A stretch of 64,000 bases of DNA from positions 7,017 to 71,016 of the forward strand of contig JAZNBT010000055.1 in assembly GCA_045587165.1 (NCBI GenBank). The letters run 5' to 3'. Every line of letters starts with the position of its first letter. Position 1 is the stretch's first letter. Under the pieces are notes generated by a model, which was not told where the DNA came from, made no database searches, and saw only the letters and a list, made by a program, of their open reading frames with translations. The DNA comes from Alphaproteobacteria bacterium. Its GTDB lineage: Bacteria > Pseudomonadota > Alphaproteobacteria > CAAGCB01 > CAG-977. This document shows positions 50,301 to 58,588 of the stretch, one piece after another. The translations under genes and the position numbers were made by a program.

Positions 50301-50799
50301 TGATTTTAACGGATATTCCGCGGAATTGGATGTAAATCTGGGCTATGATTTCATGCGTTTGCCGTATCGGGATTATTCTTTTTATCTGCGATCCTATCTG
50401 GCGGCGAACGTCAATTATATTTCTCAGGATTCATATGAAGAAAAAGGGGAATCGCCAATGCTGTTAGGCGTTGACAGCATTAATAACACTTCTGTCAGTA
50501 TTCAGCCGGGGATTACGATCGGTTATACCTTTTCTCAGGCCGTTTTGACGGCTGATTTCGGTTATCAGCGGATTTTAAGCGGTGATTCCGTTCAATCTTC
50601 GGCTTATTTCCTTGCGGATACGGCAAGAACACCGTTTGAATCTTTATCGGCGGAATCGGATAAAGATTATATTAATGCCGGCGTCGGTCTGAAAACAAAC
50701 CTGACCCGTAACGTTGAATTGAATTTGTATGCCGGTATGCGGAAATCCGATAATACCGAGGCGATTAATTTCGCCGCATCGCTGTCGTATGCTTTTTAA
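47341..50799 (+). CDS. Subtilisin-like (peptidase S8) autotransporter, paralog 1
   Basis: 1152 aa. Signal peptide; S8 catalytic triad motifs (VAVIDNGT, HGTHVAGIIAA, GTSMAAPLVSGAAAL); Gly/Asn-rich beta-helix passenger repeats; Tyr/Arg-rich linker; about 280-aa C-terminal beta-barrel ending in SYAF. Confidence 0.85.
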   Translation: MMKNRFFIILCFFTFSAFPAFAEELNYNDSETFPEFFKNVDALIAIGADKAYTGADGTAYSGFSGAGVTVAVIDNGTMANHPDLVQSHSTLQKPQFNISAEKHGTHVAGIIAAEKNGSGMHGVAYNSDLLLFSTSLEGGCGGMEGCLSPMAALEALLDSEYDDVKIINNSWGLFEEDINENVLANIHRLMDAIVAKDKLIVASAGNDMELNPNTFPAGVGLLDNSFKNNVINVVAYDSFKNHSANDFIASFSNLAGDAKEWTLAAPGKNIYSSILYDETADPPAEKFAEMNGTSMAAPLVSGAAALVQEAFPYLGGKQIADILFSTAKKKKDLDETGSGLSPYMIQNYSGQTRVLFFKDNKEGTTFEEAKAAAASLGYSCGGSVSCHEVTFEDVFGQGLLDVGTAVKGIKYFDASRLTAEDFDIGKNQFYYSVDTLGMDSVWSNDIGQLRSSDELYKTANVGLRKRGEGVLTLAGANTFLGTSVVDGGELNLTGSMEGDVVVNTGTFSLSDTGLMNGKITTNADGLLRIEDSGTLLNLENNGKTLASGGKSTGNVVNNGTFSVAGGGFISSRTFTNKNNFQFETDGRFSGVLDNEGLVSVIGNSEIEGNLNNKSSGIVFVNATIGNSSAIENYGLLSGEGDITGSVVNHESGTVATTLKIHDLNSTGNIQLSENPDGLATLKVNTLNITGGALTIASGNISYENGQTYSVIEFDNLTSFENFEPQSKLSDFIVATPHVNGNRIEARIDYLRMGESAATETFLPEEKVVAGIMDKMYFDDSNKDLKGYFYLSGKELQKEINTIRSKAKPIQKEHLPLAGTMSSQVSNHLFKVNMNRDAATFHRQYRPMQQYRGRYYNRGSVGRYYRGRSGGSAPKTGNKIWGQILGGRVVEEDNVSDRGNVKTRTVGGMIGYDHEISSRSLIGITAGYASGRLTQSSDEINVNDYRAGIYTGSRFGKLTFNTMLLGGFQQYKSERYTEAAGLNALHRADFNGYSAELDVNLGYDFMRLPYRDYSFYLRSYLAANVNYISQDSYEEKGESPMLLGVDSINNTSVSIQPGITIGYTFSQAVLTADFGYQRILSGDSVQSSAYFLADTARTPFESLSAESDKDYINAGVGLKTNLTRNVELNLYAGMRKSDNTEAINFAASLSYAF

Positions 50800-50820
50800 T
50801 AAAACAAAGAGGGAAATGCG

Positions 50821-53800
50821 GTGTTGAAATATAACCTTTTTCCTCTTTTCTTTGCTCTGCCGTTTTCCGCAGCCTTTGCGGCGGATACGGAATATTCCGT
50901 CAATCAAAAAGCTTATGACGCTTTAGGGGCGTCGCAGGCGTATGCGTTGGGCTTTACGGGGGCGGGCGTTACGGTCGCCGTTGTCGACAACGGAACGCTT
51001 GCCACGCATCAGGAATTGAAAGACAAATTCAGCGAACTGCAAAAGGACGAATACAATCATTATCAGGATATTGCGGATCACGGTACGCCGGTTTCCAGTA
51101 TAATTGCCGGAAAAAAGGACGGAACGGGCATGCACGGTATCGCATATGATTCGCAAATCGTCGCTTTCGCCGTAGAGTTGGACGACGGTGTGGATTGTCC
51201 GTCATGCTATCAAGGTTATGCGGAAGCTTGGAATATTCTGGCGACGGATGAATTTGACAGCGTTAAGATTATCAATAACAGTATCGGAAGTTATGATCAT
51301 TTACCTGATTCCACTCCTTCTTCCGATAGAAGAAGCGCGGCGGCGGCTCTGGTCGCAAAGGATAAATTGATTGTTGCGGGTGCGGGAAACGATACTTCTT
51401 TGTCTCCCGCCGACAGTCCGGCCGGGCTGCCTTATTATGATTCCAGTCTGAAGTATAATTTCATCAGCGCGATCGCGTATAATGCATATTATACCTCATC
51501 CAGTCCGTATTTTTTGGAAAGTTATACCAATTTGGCTCAATATGCGCAGGAATGGTCGTTAGCGGCACCGGTCGGATCTTTGAGGGCGGCATCGCATGAA
51601 GGGGATTCTTCCTATACGAATTTTGCCGGAACGTCTGCGGCGACACCGGTTATTTCAGGCGCTGCTGCCGTCGTATCCAGCGCTTTTCCTTATATGGGCG
51701 GGAAACAACTGGCTGACGTTTTGTTTTCCACTGCCGATAAAAATTATGCCGGTTTCAGTGATTATATGATTCAAAAAGATAACGGCAAATTGCAATTTTT
51801 GTTTTTCGGGTCGGCCGACGGATACGGCAAAGATTGGTCGGACGATGAAAAAAAAGCGATCGTTCAAGCGGAAATGGGCGGCGCGTATACGTGTTCGACT
51901 GAAGGCGTTTTTTGTGTCGACGTCAGTTATGCCGACGTTTTCGGCCAAGGGGTGTTAAATTTGGCCAATGCCGTCAAAGGCCCCGGCTATTTGGATGCCA
52001 ATCGTCTGAAGCTTTCCGATTTTACGGGAACGCAGTATGTTTATACGGTCGACGTGCAAGAATATGACAGCACGTGGAGCAATAATATCGGTCAGGTTAA
52101 ATCAAAAACCGAAAATATTGATGCGGACGTCGGCCTGAAAAAACAGGGGGCGGGAACTTTGACCCTTTCCGGACAGAATACGTATTTAGGGACGACGACG
52201 ATTGAAAGCGGTGCATTACGCTTGACAGGAACATTGGCCGGGGATGTGTCCGTCGCTTCGGGAACATTTTATTTAAACGGCGGAACCGTTTTCGGAAAAA
52301 CGGTTTCTTTGGCCGGCGGGGAAGTTAATGTTGACGGCGGAACGTTATTTTCGCTCAGCGGAGCCGGAACGGTTAACTTTTCGGCGGGATCTGTTCGAGA
52401 GGTGAAAAATCAGGGGAATTTTTACCTGACGGGAAGCGGGCTTATTGCCGATTCGGTCGAAAATACCGGACAATTTTATTTTAACGGCGGTTCGATAAAA
52501 GGTTCCGTTTCAAACGAAGGGAATTTTTATTTAAACAATCCGTCGTTTTCTCAAAAAATCCAAAATACGGGAACGGTTCAAAACAATACGTTATTGAAAG
52601 AAGGGTTGGTTATCGGCGGAACGTTGGTTAATCAGGCAGGAGGTCTTCTTTATTTGACTTCGACACCGGATACGTTGATCAATTACGGCGGAATAGTTTT
52701 ATCTCCTTCGTCGACAGATGCCTCCGTTTTACAGCAAATGACGGTTTCTCATTTAACGTTGGCCGGCGGAGGATTTGTGCTGGATACGAATAATTTGCCG
52801 GAATTCGGGGAAGGAATGTCCTATCAGATTTTAAAGGCTGAAAATTCTTTAAGTATCGGTGATGATTTTAAGCTTTCCGATCAGATCGGCCAATTTATTG
52901 TCGCCCGAACGAATGTAGACAACACGGAAAGAACGATTTCTTTATCATTGGAGTTTTTGCCTTTATCTTCAACGTCTTATGCTCCGAATTTAACGGAAAT
53001 GGAACGTCAAACGGCGACGGTGATCGATCGTTTGTTTAAAAACGAACATTTCAATGATTTCTCGGGATTTTATTTCTTGGATGAAAAAGGTTTGAAAGAT
53101 CGGATAAATAAAATAAAAGATCAGGTAAAACCGGTTCATTTTGCTTCTTTGCCGTTGTCAAACAGGTTGGGACGGACGATCCAAACACATCTTTTTGAAC
53201 GTCAAACCGGTAAAGATCCGTATCGGTATAACGGCGGACGGCGGTATTATGAACCGTTATCCCCCGGTCGCCATTCGCCGCGAGGGGACGTATACCGCAA
53301 TTATCGTCCCGGTAATACGCCTCAGGAAAATTATCGTCATGCCGTTCCGCGGACGAATGATGTGTACCGCAATTATCGTCCGGGTAATGCGCCTCAAGAA
53401 AATTATCGTTATTATGTGCCGCGCAAACGCGACGTTTACCGTAATTTCAGACCGAACGGTCGTTCCGGCGGACAATCGTTCGGTATGCGGACAAACGTTT
53501 GGGGGCAAATGTTGTATGCCAAAAGCACGTATGATGCCGATGAGCTTTCCGGCGGGACCGAAGCCGAGGGCACCGGCATAGGGCTGATGTTCGGATGGGA
53601 TTTCGTTTATTCGAAAGACTTTTTGTGGGGGGTGACGGCCGGATATGCACAGTCGTCCGTTGAACAAGACGACGACAATACCGATGTGACCGATTTGCGT
53701 TTCGGCGCCTATTTCAGTCGACAAAAGGATTTTTTGTCCGTTGACGGCGTATTGATGATCGGATTGCAAAGTTATGATAAAAAACGCGTTACGGATTTGC

Positions 53801-54345
53801 CGATGAAGACGTTTGAACATTCGGCGTCTTTTAACGGAACCAGTGTTGAGGCCGCTTTGAATGTAGGATATGACCTGCATCAGATTCCCATGCAGGCGGG
53901 CGATTGGTCTTTCAGGCCTTATATCGGTGCGACGGTTATACAGATGACGCAAGACGCCTACAGTGAAACAGGTTCATCTGATCTGAATTTATCCGTACAG
54001 GAAGCCAAAGACACTTCCGTTATTTTATCCCCCGGTTTAATTGCCGGATTTGTCGCCGCAGATACGAGTCTTTTCTTGATCAAGCCGGAATACGTCTTTT
54101 TTGATTTGCGTTATGATCAATATTTATCGGGGGGGAATGCCTCGACAAAAGCTTATTTCAGTGCGGATACGCTGCAGACGATGTTTGAATCTCCGGACAG
54201 TGAAGAAAAATCCGCGTTTACGTTCGGGGTAGGCGTTAACGGCCGTATATCTAAAAATACGCGTTTGAACTTGCTGTTCAGCAACAGAGCCGGTTCTAAA
54301 TCGTCTTCGCAGTCGATTTCGGCGACACTGATTCATTCGTTCTGA
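50821..54345 (+). CDS. Subtilisin-like (peptidase S8) autotransporter, paralog 2
   Basis: 1174 aa with GTG start after an AGAGGG RBS. S8 motifs (VAVVDNGT, HGTPVSSIIAG, GTSAATPVISGAAAV); beta-helix passenger; internal 72-bp tandem repeats; C-terminal barrel ending in IHSF. Confidence 0.85.
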   Translation: MLKYNLFPLFFALPFSAAFAADTEYSVNQKAYDALGASQAYALGFTGAGVTVAVVDNGTLATHQELKDKFSELQKDEYNHYQDIADHGTPVSSIIAGKKDGTGMHGIAYDSQIVAFAVELDDGVDCPSCYQGYAEAWNILATDEFDSVKIINNSIGSYDHLPDSTPSSDRRSAAAALVAKDKLIVAGAGNDTSLSPADSPAGLPYYDSSLKYNFISAIAYNAYYTSSSPYFLESYTNLAQYAQEWSLAAPVGSLRAASHEGDSSYTNFAGTSAATPVISGAAAVVSSAFPYMGGKQLADVLFSTADKNYAGFSDYMIQKDNGKLQFLFFGSADGYGKDWSDDEKKAIVQAEMGGAYTCSTEGVFCVDVSYADVFGQGVLNLANAVKGPGYLDANRLKLSDFTGTQYVYTVDVQEYDSTWSNNIGQVKSKTENIDADVGLKKQGAGTLTLSGQNTYLGTTTIESGALRLTGTLAGDVSVASGTFYLNGGTVFGKTVSLAGGEVNVDGGTLFSLSGAGTVNFSAGSVREVKNQGNFYLTGSGLIADSVENTGQFYFNGGSIKGSVSNEGNFYLNNPSFSQKIQNTGTVQNNTLLKEGLVIGGTLVNQAGGLLYLTSTPDTLINYGGIVLSPSSTDASVLQQMTVSHLTLAGGGFVLDTNNLPEFGEGMSYQILKAENSLSIGDDFKLSDQIGQFIVARTNVDNTERTISLSLEFLPLSSTSYAPNLTEMERQTATVIDRLFKNEHFNDFSGFYFLDEKGLKDRINKIKDQVKPVHFASLPLSNRLGRTIQTHLFERQTGKDPYRYNGGRRYYEPLSPGRHSPRGDVYRNYRPGNTPQENYRHAVPRTNDVYRNYRPGNAPQENYRYYVPRKRDVYRNFRPNGRSGGQSFGMRTNVWGQMLYAKSTYDADELSGGTEAEGTGIGLMFGWDFVYSKDFLWGVTAGYAQSSVEQDDDNTDVTDLRFGAYFSRQKDFLSVDGVLMIGLQSYDKKRVTDLPMKTFEHSASFNGTSVEAALNVGYDLHQIPMQAGDWSFRPYIGATVIQMTQDAYSETGSSDLNLSVQEAKDTSVILSPGLIAGFVAADTSLFLIKPEYVFFDLRYDQYLSGGNASTKAYFSADTLQTMFESPDSEEKSAFTFGVGVNGRISKNTRLNLLFSNRAGSKSSSQSISATLIHSF
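53287..53460 (+). repeat. About 2.4 tandem copies of a 72-bp coding repeat (DVYRNYRPGN(T/A)PQENYR) in the autotransporter 2 linker
   Basis: Units at 53287-53337 and 53359-53409 are near-identical (3 mismatches), and a degenerate third unit follows. Confidence 0.8.
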
Positions 54346-54347
54346 GA

Positions 54348-55121
54348 TTAGCTTGAAAAGCTTTTGACCAAACTGCCGACAAGCATATACCAGCCGTCGA
54401 CAACGACAAAAAAGATCAGTTTAAAGGGCATGGACAACATTGAAGGCGGCAACATCATCATCCCCATGCTCATTAATACCGAAGCGACAACCATGTCGAT
54501 AATTAAAAACGGCACAAAGATTAAAAAGCCGATTTCGAACGCGCGGCGCAGTTCACTGATCATAAATGCCGGAACCAAAGCGGTCAGAGGAGTATCCTCT
54601 TCTTTTTCGACTTGAGGTGTTTTGGAAAAGTCCATAAAAAGCTGTAAATCTTTGGCGCGGACGTTTTTTAACATAAATTCTTTAAACGGTTGAACGGTAC
54701 GTTCGACGGCGACTTTCGTTTCTATTTTTTCTTCAATCAGCGGATGTATCCCTTTATCCCACGCTTTTTCAAAAGTGGGTGTCATGATAAATCCCGTCAT
54801 GAACAAAGCCAATGCGACCAAAATCATATTGGACGGTGTCTGAGATGTTCCCAACGCCTGCCGTGTAATGGAAAAAACAATGGCGATACGGGTAAACGAA
54901 GTCACCATGATTAAAATGCTGGGGGCGACGGATAAAACGGTCAGCAATAAAACCAGTTGGACAATTCTGGCCGTCGAAGATCCGCCCGTGTCGCCTAAAT
55001 CGATATTGACGCTTTGCGCGACGGCCGGAGCGGCCGTAAAGCATAAAAATAATAAAGCGGACAGAACTTTTTTAAACATCTGCATTGCTGACCTCTTGAA
55101 TGTTATTTTCCGCAACGTCAA
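54348..55121 (-). CDS. fliP: Flagellar biosynthetic protein FliP
   Basis: 257 aa. Signal peptide plus conserved FliP core (QSVNIDLG..., GFLIFVPFLIIDMVV). Confidence 0.92.
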   Translation of the reverse strand: MTLRKITFKRSAMQMFKKVLSALLFLCFTAAPAVAQSVNIDLGDTGGSSTARIVQLVLLLTVLSVAPSILIMVTSFTRIAIVFSITRQALGTSQTPSNMILVALALFMTGFIMTPTFEKAWDKGIHPLIEEKIETKVAVERTVQPFKEFMLKNVRAKDLQLFMDFSKTPQVEKEEDTPLTALVPAFMISELRRAFEIGFLIFVPFLIIDMVVASVLMSMGMMMLPPSMLSMPFKLIFFVVVDGWYMLVGSLVKSFSS

Positions 55122-55377
55122 AAGAATCGATGACCGTATTGCTTTCTCCTGTCAATATAAGGTATTCCTTGTTTTTGCAACGAATTAAAACCAGTCTGTT
55201 TTTAGGATCGACGGCTTTGGCTTCCAATAAAACGATGCTGTTGCTTTTACCTGTTTTTGTCGTGGCGGTGATTAACGACGGACCGAAACGTTTAAACAGA
55301 TACGTAATTAAAAAAATAATTCCCAGAACAAACGCCAGTCCCAGAAATGCGGATAAAAAAGAAGCTTCATGTTCCAT
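55072..55377 (-). CDS. fliO: FliO-like flagellar protein (single TM)
   Basis: 101 aa. N-terminal TM helix then an LVLIRCKNKEYLILTG-type FliO motif; immediately upstream of fliP. Confidence 0.55.
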   Translation of the reverse strand: MEHEASFLSAFLGLAFVLGIIFLITYLFKRFGPSLITATTKTGKSNSIVLLEAKAVDPKNRLVLIRCKNKEYLILTGESNTVIDSFDVAENNIQEVSNADV

Positions 55378-55388
55378 ATTTTACTCTT

Positions 55389-55658
55389 TCAGCCGTTTTG
55401 ATCGGTTAATAAAAATCCGTATTGCCGTTCCATTGCCGAACGAAACAAATCAATTTGTCCGTTTAACTGGATCAACAGCGGTTTTAAAGAAACGCAGTGC
55501 GCATATCCTTCTTCTTCGGTCAGTCGGCAGATGGTGTCGATCATTCCGTTTAATGAAGCGATACTGACCAACCGTCCGTTATTGATCAGATCTGTCGCCG
55601 TTGACAGTAAAGCCGAAGCTTTTTCCATTTCTGTTTGAATACGCTGTGTTTGTGTCAT
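55389..55658 (-). CDS. Hypothetical small protein, possibly flagellar-associated
   Basis: 89 aa, translationally coupled between the FlhB-C-like and fliO genes; no recognised motif. Confidence 0.3.
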   Translation of the reverse strand: MTQTQRIQTEMEKASALLSTATDLINNGRLVSIASLNGMIDTICRLTEEEGYAHCVSLKPLLIQLNGQIDLFRSAMERQYGFLLTDQNG

Positions 55659-55942
55659 GACAATGCGTTTTTCCCTTCGACGGAAGCGTTTAACTCATAG
55701 ATATAAGAAAGAATTTCGGCAACGGCGGCAAAAGCTTCGGGCGGTATTTCGCTGTCCAGATCGATGGCGGCTAAAATTTCAGCCAAATCGGCGTCTTGAC
55801 GAACTTTGATTCCGGCGGCAAAAGCCAAATCCAAAATTTTTTCGGCGATGTATCCGTATCCGCTGGCGGTAACAGTCGGTGTTTTTCCCGTTTCGGGATC
55901 GTACTGCAAAGCAGCGGCGACGGTTCTTTTGTTTTGCCTCAT
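55655..55942 (-). CDS. FlhB C-terminal-domain-like protein (EscU/YscU/HrcU family fragment)
   Basis: 95 aa. Matches the FlhB C-terminal domain region following the autocleavage site (...YDPETGKTPTVTASGYGYIAEKILDLAFAAGIKV...). Confidence 0.7.
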   Translation of the reverse strand: MRQNKRTVAAALQYDPETGKTPTVTASGYGYIAEKILDLAFAAGIKVRQDADLAEILAAIDLDSEIPPEAFAAVAEILSYIYELNASVEGKNALS

Positions 55943-56057
55943 GCAGACTCCGTTATTCTTTTTCGCTTTAGTCTGACTCGACGGACTTAAAAAAAATTTA
56001 ACGTTGCGAATTTTCCGTGCTTATGGCAAAATTAGACAAAATTCGAAAGGATAAATC

Positions 56058-57161
56058 ATGGATTCTTTTTCACGTCAAAATTTAACCCGTCTTTTGAAAA
56101 AGGCCGGACAGAAGCCGGTAACCGTGTTTACGGATCTGGACAAAACGTCGTGTTTAGAAGGCAACGTTGCTTATGCCGCTGAAAACAAAACCGAAACCGG
56201 TAAAGACGGTTGCTATATGCAGCCTGATATTCGTCGTGCGTTAACGGCGTTGCCCGAATCGGGCAGTTCGTTTTTCATCGTTACCGGCAGACATTGGGCG
56301 GACGTGCGTTTAAACGATGTAACGGGTGAAAAACTGCCGGACGGCGCTTTTCATGATTTGTTGGGCGGAGTAAAAGATTTTGAAAAGGCTTCCGCCGTCG
56401 CCGGACACGGTCGTTTATTGGTGGAAAACGGCAAAACGACGGTGTTGCGTCGTGCCGCTTCGGCCGAAGACGCTTTAAAAGAACAAAAGTTCGAACGTTA
56501 TGTCGGCGAAAACGTTTTGGCTTTAAAAGAGGAAATTTTCGAACGTTGGCCGGAGTCGCGCGGGAAAATTCTGGCCGAATACAAAAAGCATCTGAGCTAT
56601 TTGAATTTGGCGGAGTTTGTTCAAGAATCTCCGCAAGCCGGCAAAGAGATGTTTGATTTCGTCGATACGCGCATGAAATATGTTATGAACAGTCAAAATC
56701 CCGACGGTACGAAGAATGAAAATGCGCCTGAAAATCCGAACGGCGCCTTGTTCTATACGGTGGAACCGACCGGATCGATGGAAATCCGCTCAAAAAATCA
56801 AAGCAAGCGCAACGGGGTTGAAAAGTCAGGATTTTTGGAACGCGCTTTTGAAAAAGGCGGTCCCGTACTGGTTATGGGGGACAGTCTGGCTAAAAACGGT
56901 ACGGATCGCGATATGGTCGAAGCCGTGCGGGATTTCTTTGAAAAGAAAGGCGCTTTGGATCGCGTGTTTGTCATTCATGTCATGAACGGTGATAACAACC
57001 GAATTACGGATAAAGCGGATAAATGTTTTCCGACGATTTCGGTTAAGGATCCAGATGAATTGGGACAAGTCATGAAAATGGTCGCCGGACATTCCCGTTC
57101 TCGTAATGAAAAACAGGCGAGTTTGGCGCAAACGGTTTTAAAAGGACGAGCCGGCCGCTGA
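56058..57161 (+). CDS. HAD-IIB-like hydrolase family protein (divergent sugar-phosphatase-like)
   Basis: 367 aa. Motif I FTDLDKT (DxDxT), motif II IVTGR, motif III/IV K...MGDSLAKNGTDRDM resembling GDSGND. Confidence 0.4.
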   Translation: MDSFSRQNLTRLLKKAGQKPVTVFTDLDKTSCLEGNVAYAAENKTETGKDGCYMQPDIRRALTALPESGSSFFIVTGRHWADVRLNDVTGEKLPDGAFHDLLGGVKDFEKASAVAGHGRLLVENGKTTVLRRAASAEDALKEQKFERYVGENVLALKEEIFERWPESRGKILAEYKKHLSYLNLAEFVQESPQAGKEMFDFVDTRMKYVMNSQNPDGTKNENAPENPNGALFYTVEPTGSMEIRSKNQSKRNGVEKSGFLERAFEKGGPVLVMGDSLAKNGTDRDMVEAVRDFFEKKGALDRVFVIHVMNGDNNRITDKADKCFPTISVKDPDELGQVMKMVAGHSRSRNEKQASLAQTVLKGRAGR

Positions 57162-57174
57162 AGTTAAATAAATA

Positions 57175-57205
57175 AAAACCCCCGATAACGGGGGTTTCTT
57201 TTTAT
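57175..57205. terminator. Bidirectional terminator between the convergent HAD-like and 420-aa genes
   Basis: CCCCCGATAACGGGGG hairpin flanked by A-run and T-run. Confidence 0.7.
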
Positions 57206-58464
57206 CTTTGAAAATCTTTTTTTAATTTGAGGGCAAGAACGTTTGATGAAGCGGCGTTTTGACGATGAGCCGTCTTAACGGCATTTAAGCGTTCTACGGT
57301 TCTTTCTTTATTAAACCGTTTTACGGCACTGATGACCGTCGCGTTTGTTTGCGGTAAAACGGGCAAGGTCGCTTTCGTATCGAATACGCGCGGATCGTTT
57401 AAATCAAAAACGTATTTGTCTTTGACGGAATTCAGCAATCTGTCGCAGTCCGGACGTTTTTCAGGATCAATGAACATATCGCCGTAAACGGCGGTCTTTA
57501 TACCTAAAGCCGCTGTGTCCGATGTATAAGAAAAGCTGTCTTTCGTTCCGACGACGATATCGGAAACGGAAAGAATCGCCGGATAGATGTTGCCGATTTT
57601 TTCTTGTTGTTCGGCGAATTCTTTTTTGTATTTGCCCGTATACTGACGGAAATCGGTTGTTTCGGCTTCGGCTATTTTCTTGGCATTGTAAAAGGAAATG
57701 CCGTTTTCTTTTGCTTTTTCAAACAAAAAGTCCGTAACGTCCGTCGGAGTGCGCGGACTGTTGCCGATGGCGACGTTAAAGCCGTTTTTTTGAAATTCTT
57801 CAGCTTTTTCCCAAATATTTCGGGCATCTTTCATCGTGAACTGTATTTCCGGACCTTCAACCCGTCCGCCCAAAGAAAAGAATACCGTCGGTTTGCCGTT
57901 TTTATACGGAGCCAGTTCTTCGGCGAATTTAGAGGAATTTCCTTCCTGTTGGATTCTCAGGCGCGTCAGATTTCCCGCTACACCCAGAGTCGGGACGATT
58001 TTCTTTTGCAATTCCGGTTCGTTTTTTAAACGTTCGTTTTGTTCTTCATTCATCAAATGGTACGGTACGTTTGCCAGATCGACGTGGCGATAATCATGAA
58101 AAGCGCCCGTCAACAGCAAAGTCGTAACGGTTCCCAGATTTTTTTCGGCATAATAGTTTTTGACCGTTTCGGCCAAAGCGTCGGCGTCTTTCGGGGCGTT
58201 TTGCATATCGCCGTGATTAAAAGGCAAAACAAAAACATCAGGTTTGGGAGCGTTTTTTAAGTAAACGTCCAAAGCGGCGAAAACATCCTTTTTAAAAGAA
58301 GCGTCGTCGGGGTATCGTGATCTGTCCAATGGCTGTCCGTCGGCGGATTTTAATAATTTATCGCGAGTAACCGGCACCTTTTGAGGTGCTTCCGCTTCTA
58401 AAATCAAACCGCGGGTTTGGTTGTCGGAACCTAATCGACCGCTGAAAAAACCGCAATATTCCAT
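57202..58464 (-). CDS. Hypothetical 420-aa protein (possible glycosyltransferase/ELM1-like fold; unverified)
   Basis: Long ORF with even codon usage; no confident motif. Confidence 0.35.
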   Translation of the reverse strand: MEYCGFFSGRLGSDNQTRGLILEAEAPQKVPVTRDKLLKSADGQPLDRSRYPDDASFKKDVFAALDVYLKNAPKPDVFVLPFNHGDMQNAPKDADALAETVKNYYAEKNLGTVTTLLLTGAFHDYRHVDLANVPYHLMNEEQNERLKNEPELQKKIVPTLGVAGNLTRLRIQQEGNSSKFAEELAPYKNGKPTVFFSLGGRVEGPEIQFTMKDARNIWEKAEEFQKNGFNVAIGNSPRTPTDVTDFLFEKAKENGISFYNAKKIAEAETTDFRQYTGKYKKEFAEQQEKIGNIYPAILSVSDIVVGTKDSFSYTSDTAALGIKTAVYGDMFIDPEKRPDCDRLLNSVKDKYVFDLNDPRVFDTKATLPVLPQTNATVISAVKRFNKERTVERLNAVKTAHRQNAASSNVLALKLKKDFQR

Positions 58465-58588
58465 TTTGTCATCCTTTTTTGTTTTTTTAGTCTATCAAAT
58501 CGCGTAATTGAAAACAAGACGGCAGAACAGTTGTTGTTTTTCCTTGTTTTTTCAATACCGGGCGTGTAGGTAAAGACAAAGGATACTT

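Noticed and set aside
53257-53952. 231-aa minus-strand ORF antisense to autotransporter 2
   Set aside because: It lies entirely within a confidently called 1174-aa CDS. The long open frame is a by-product of the in-frame tandem repeats and Arg/Tyr codon composition on the sense strand.
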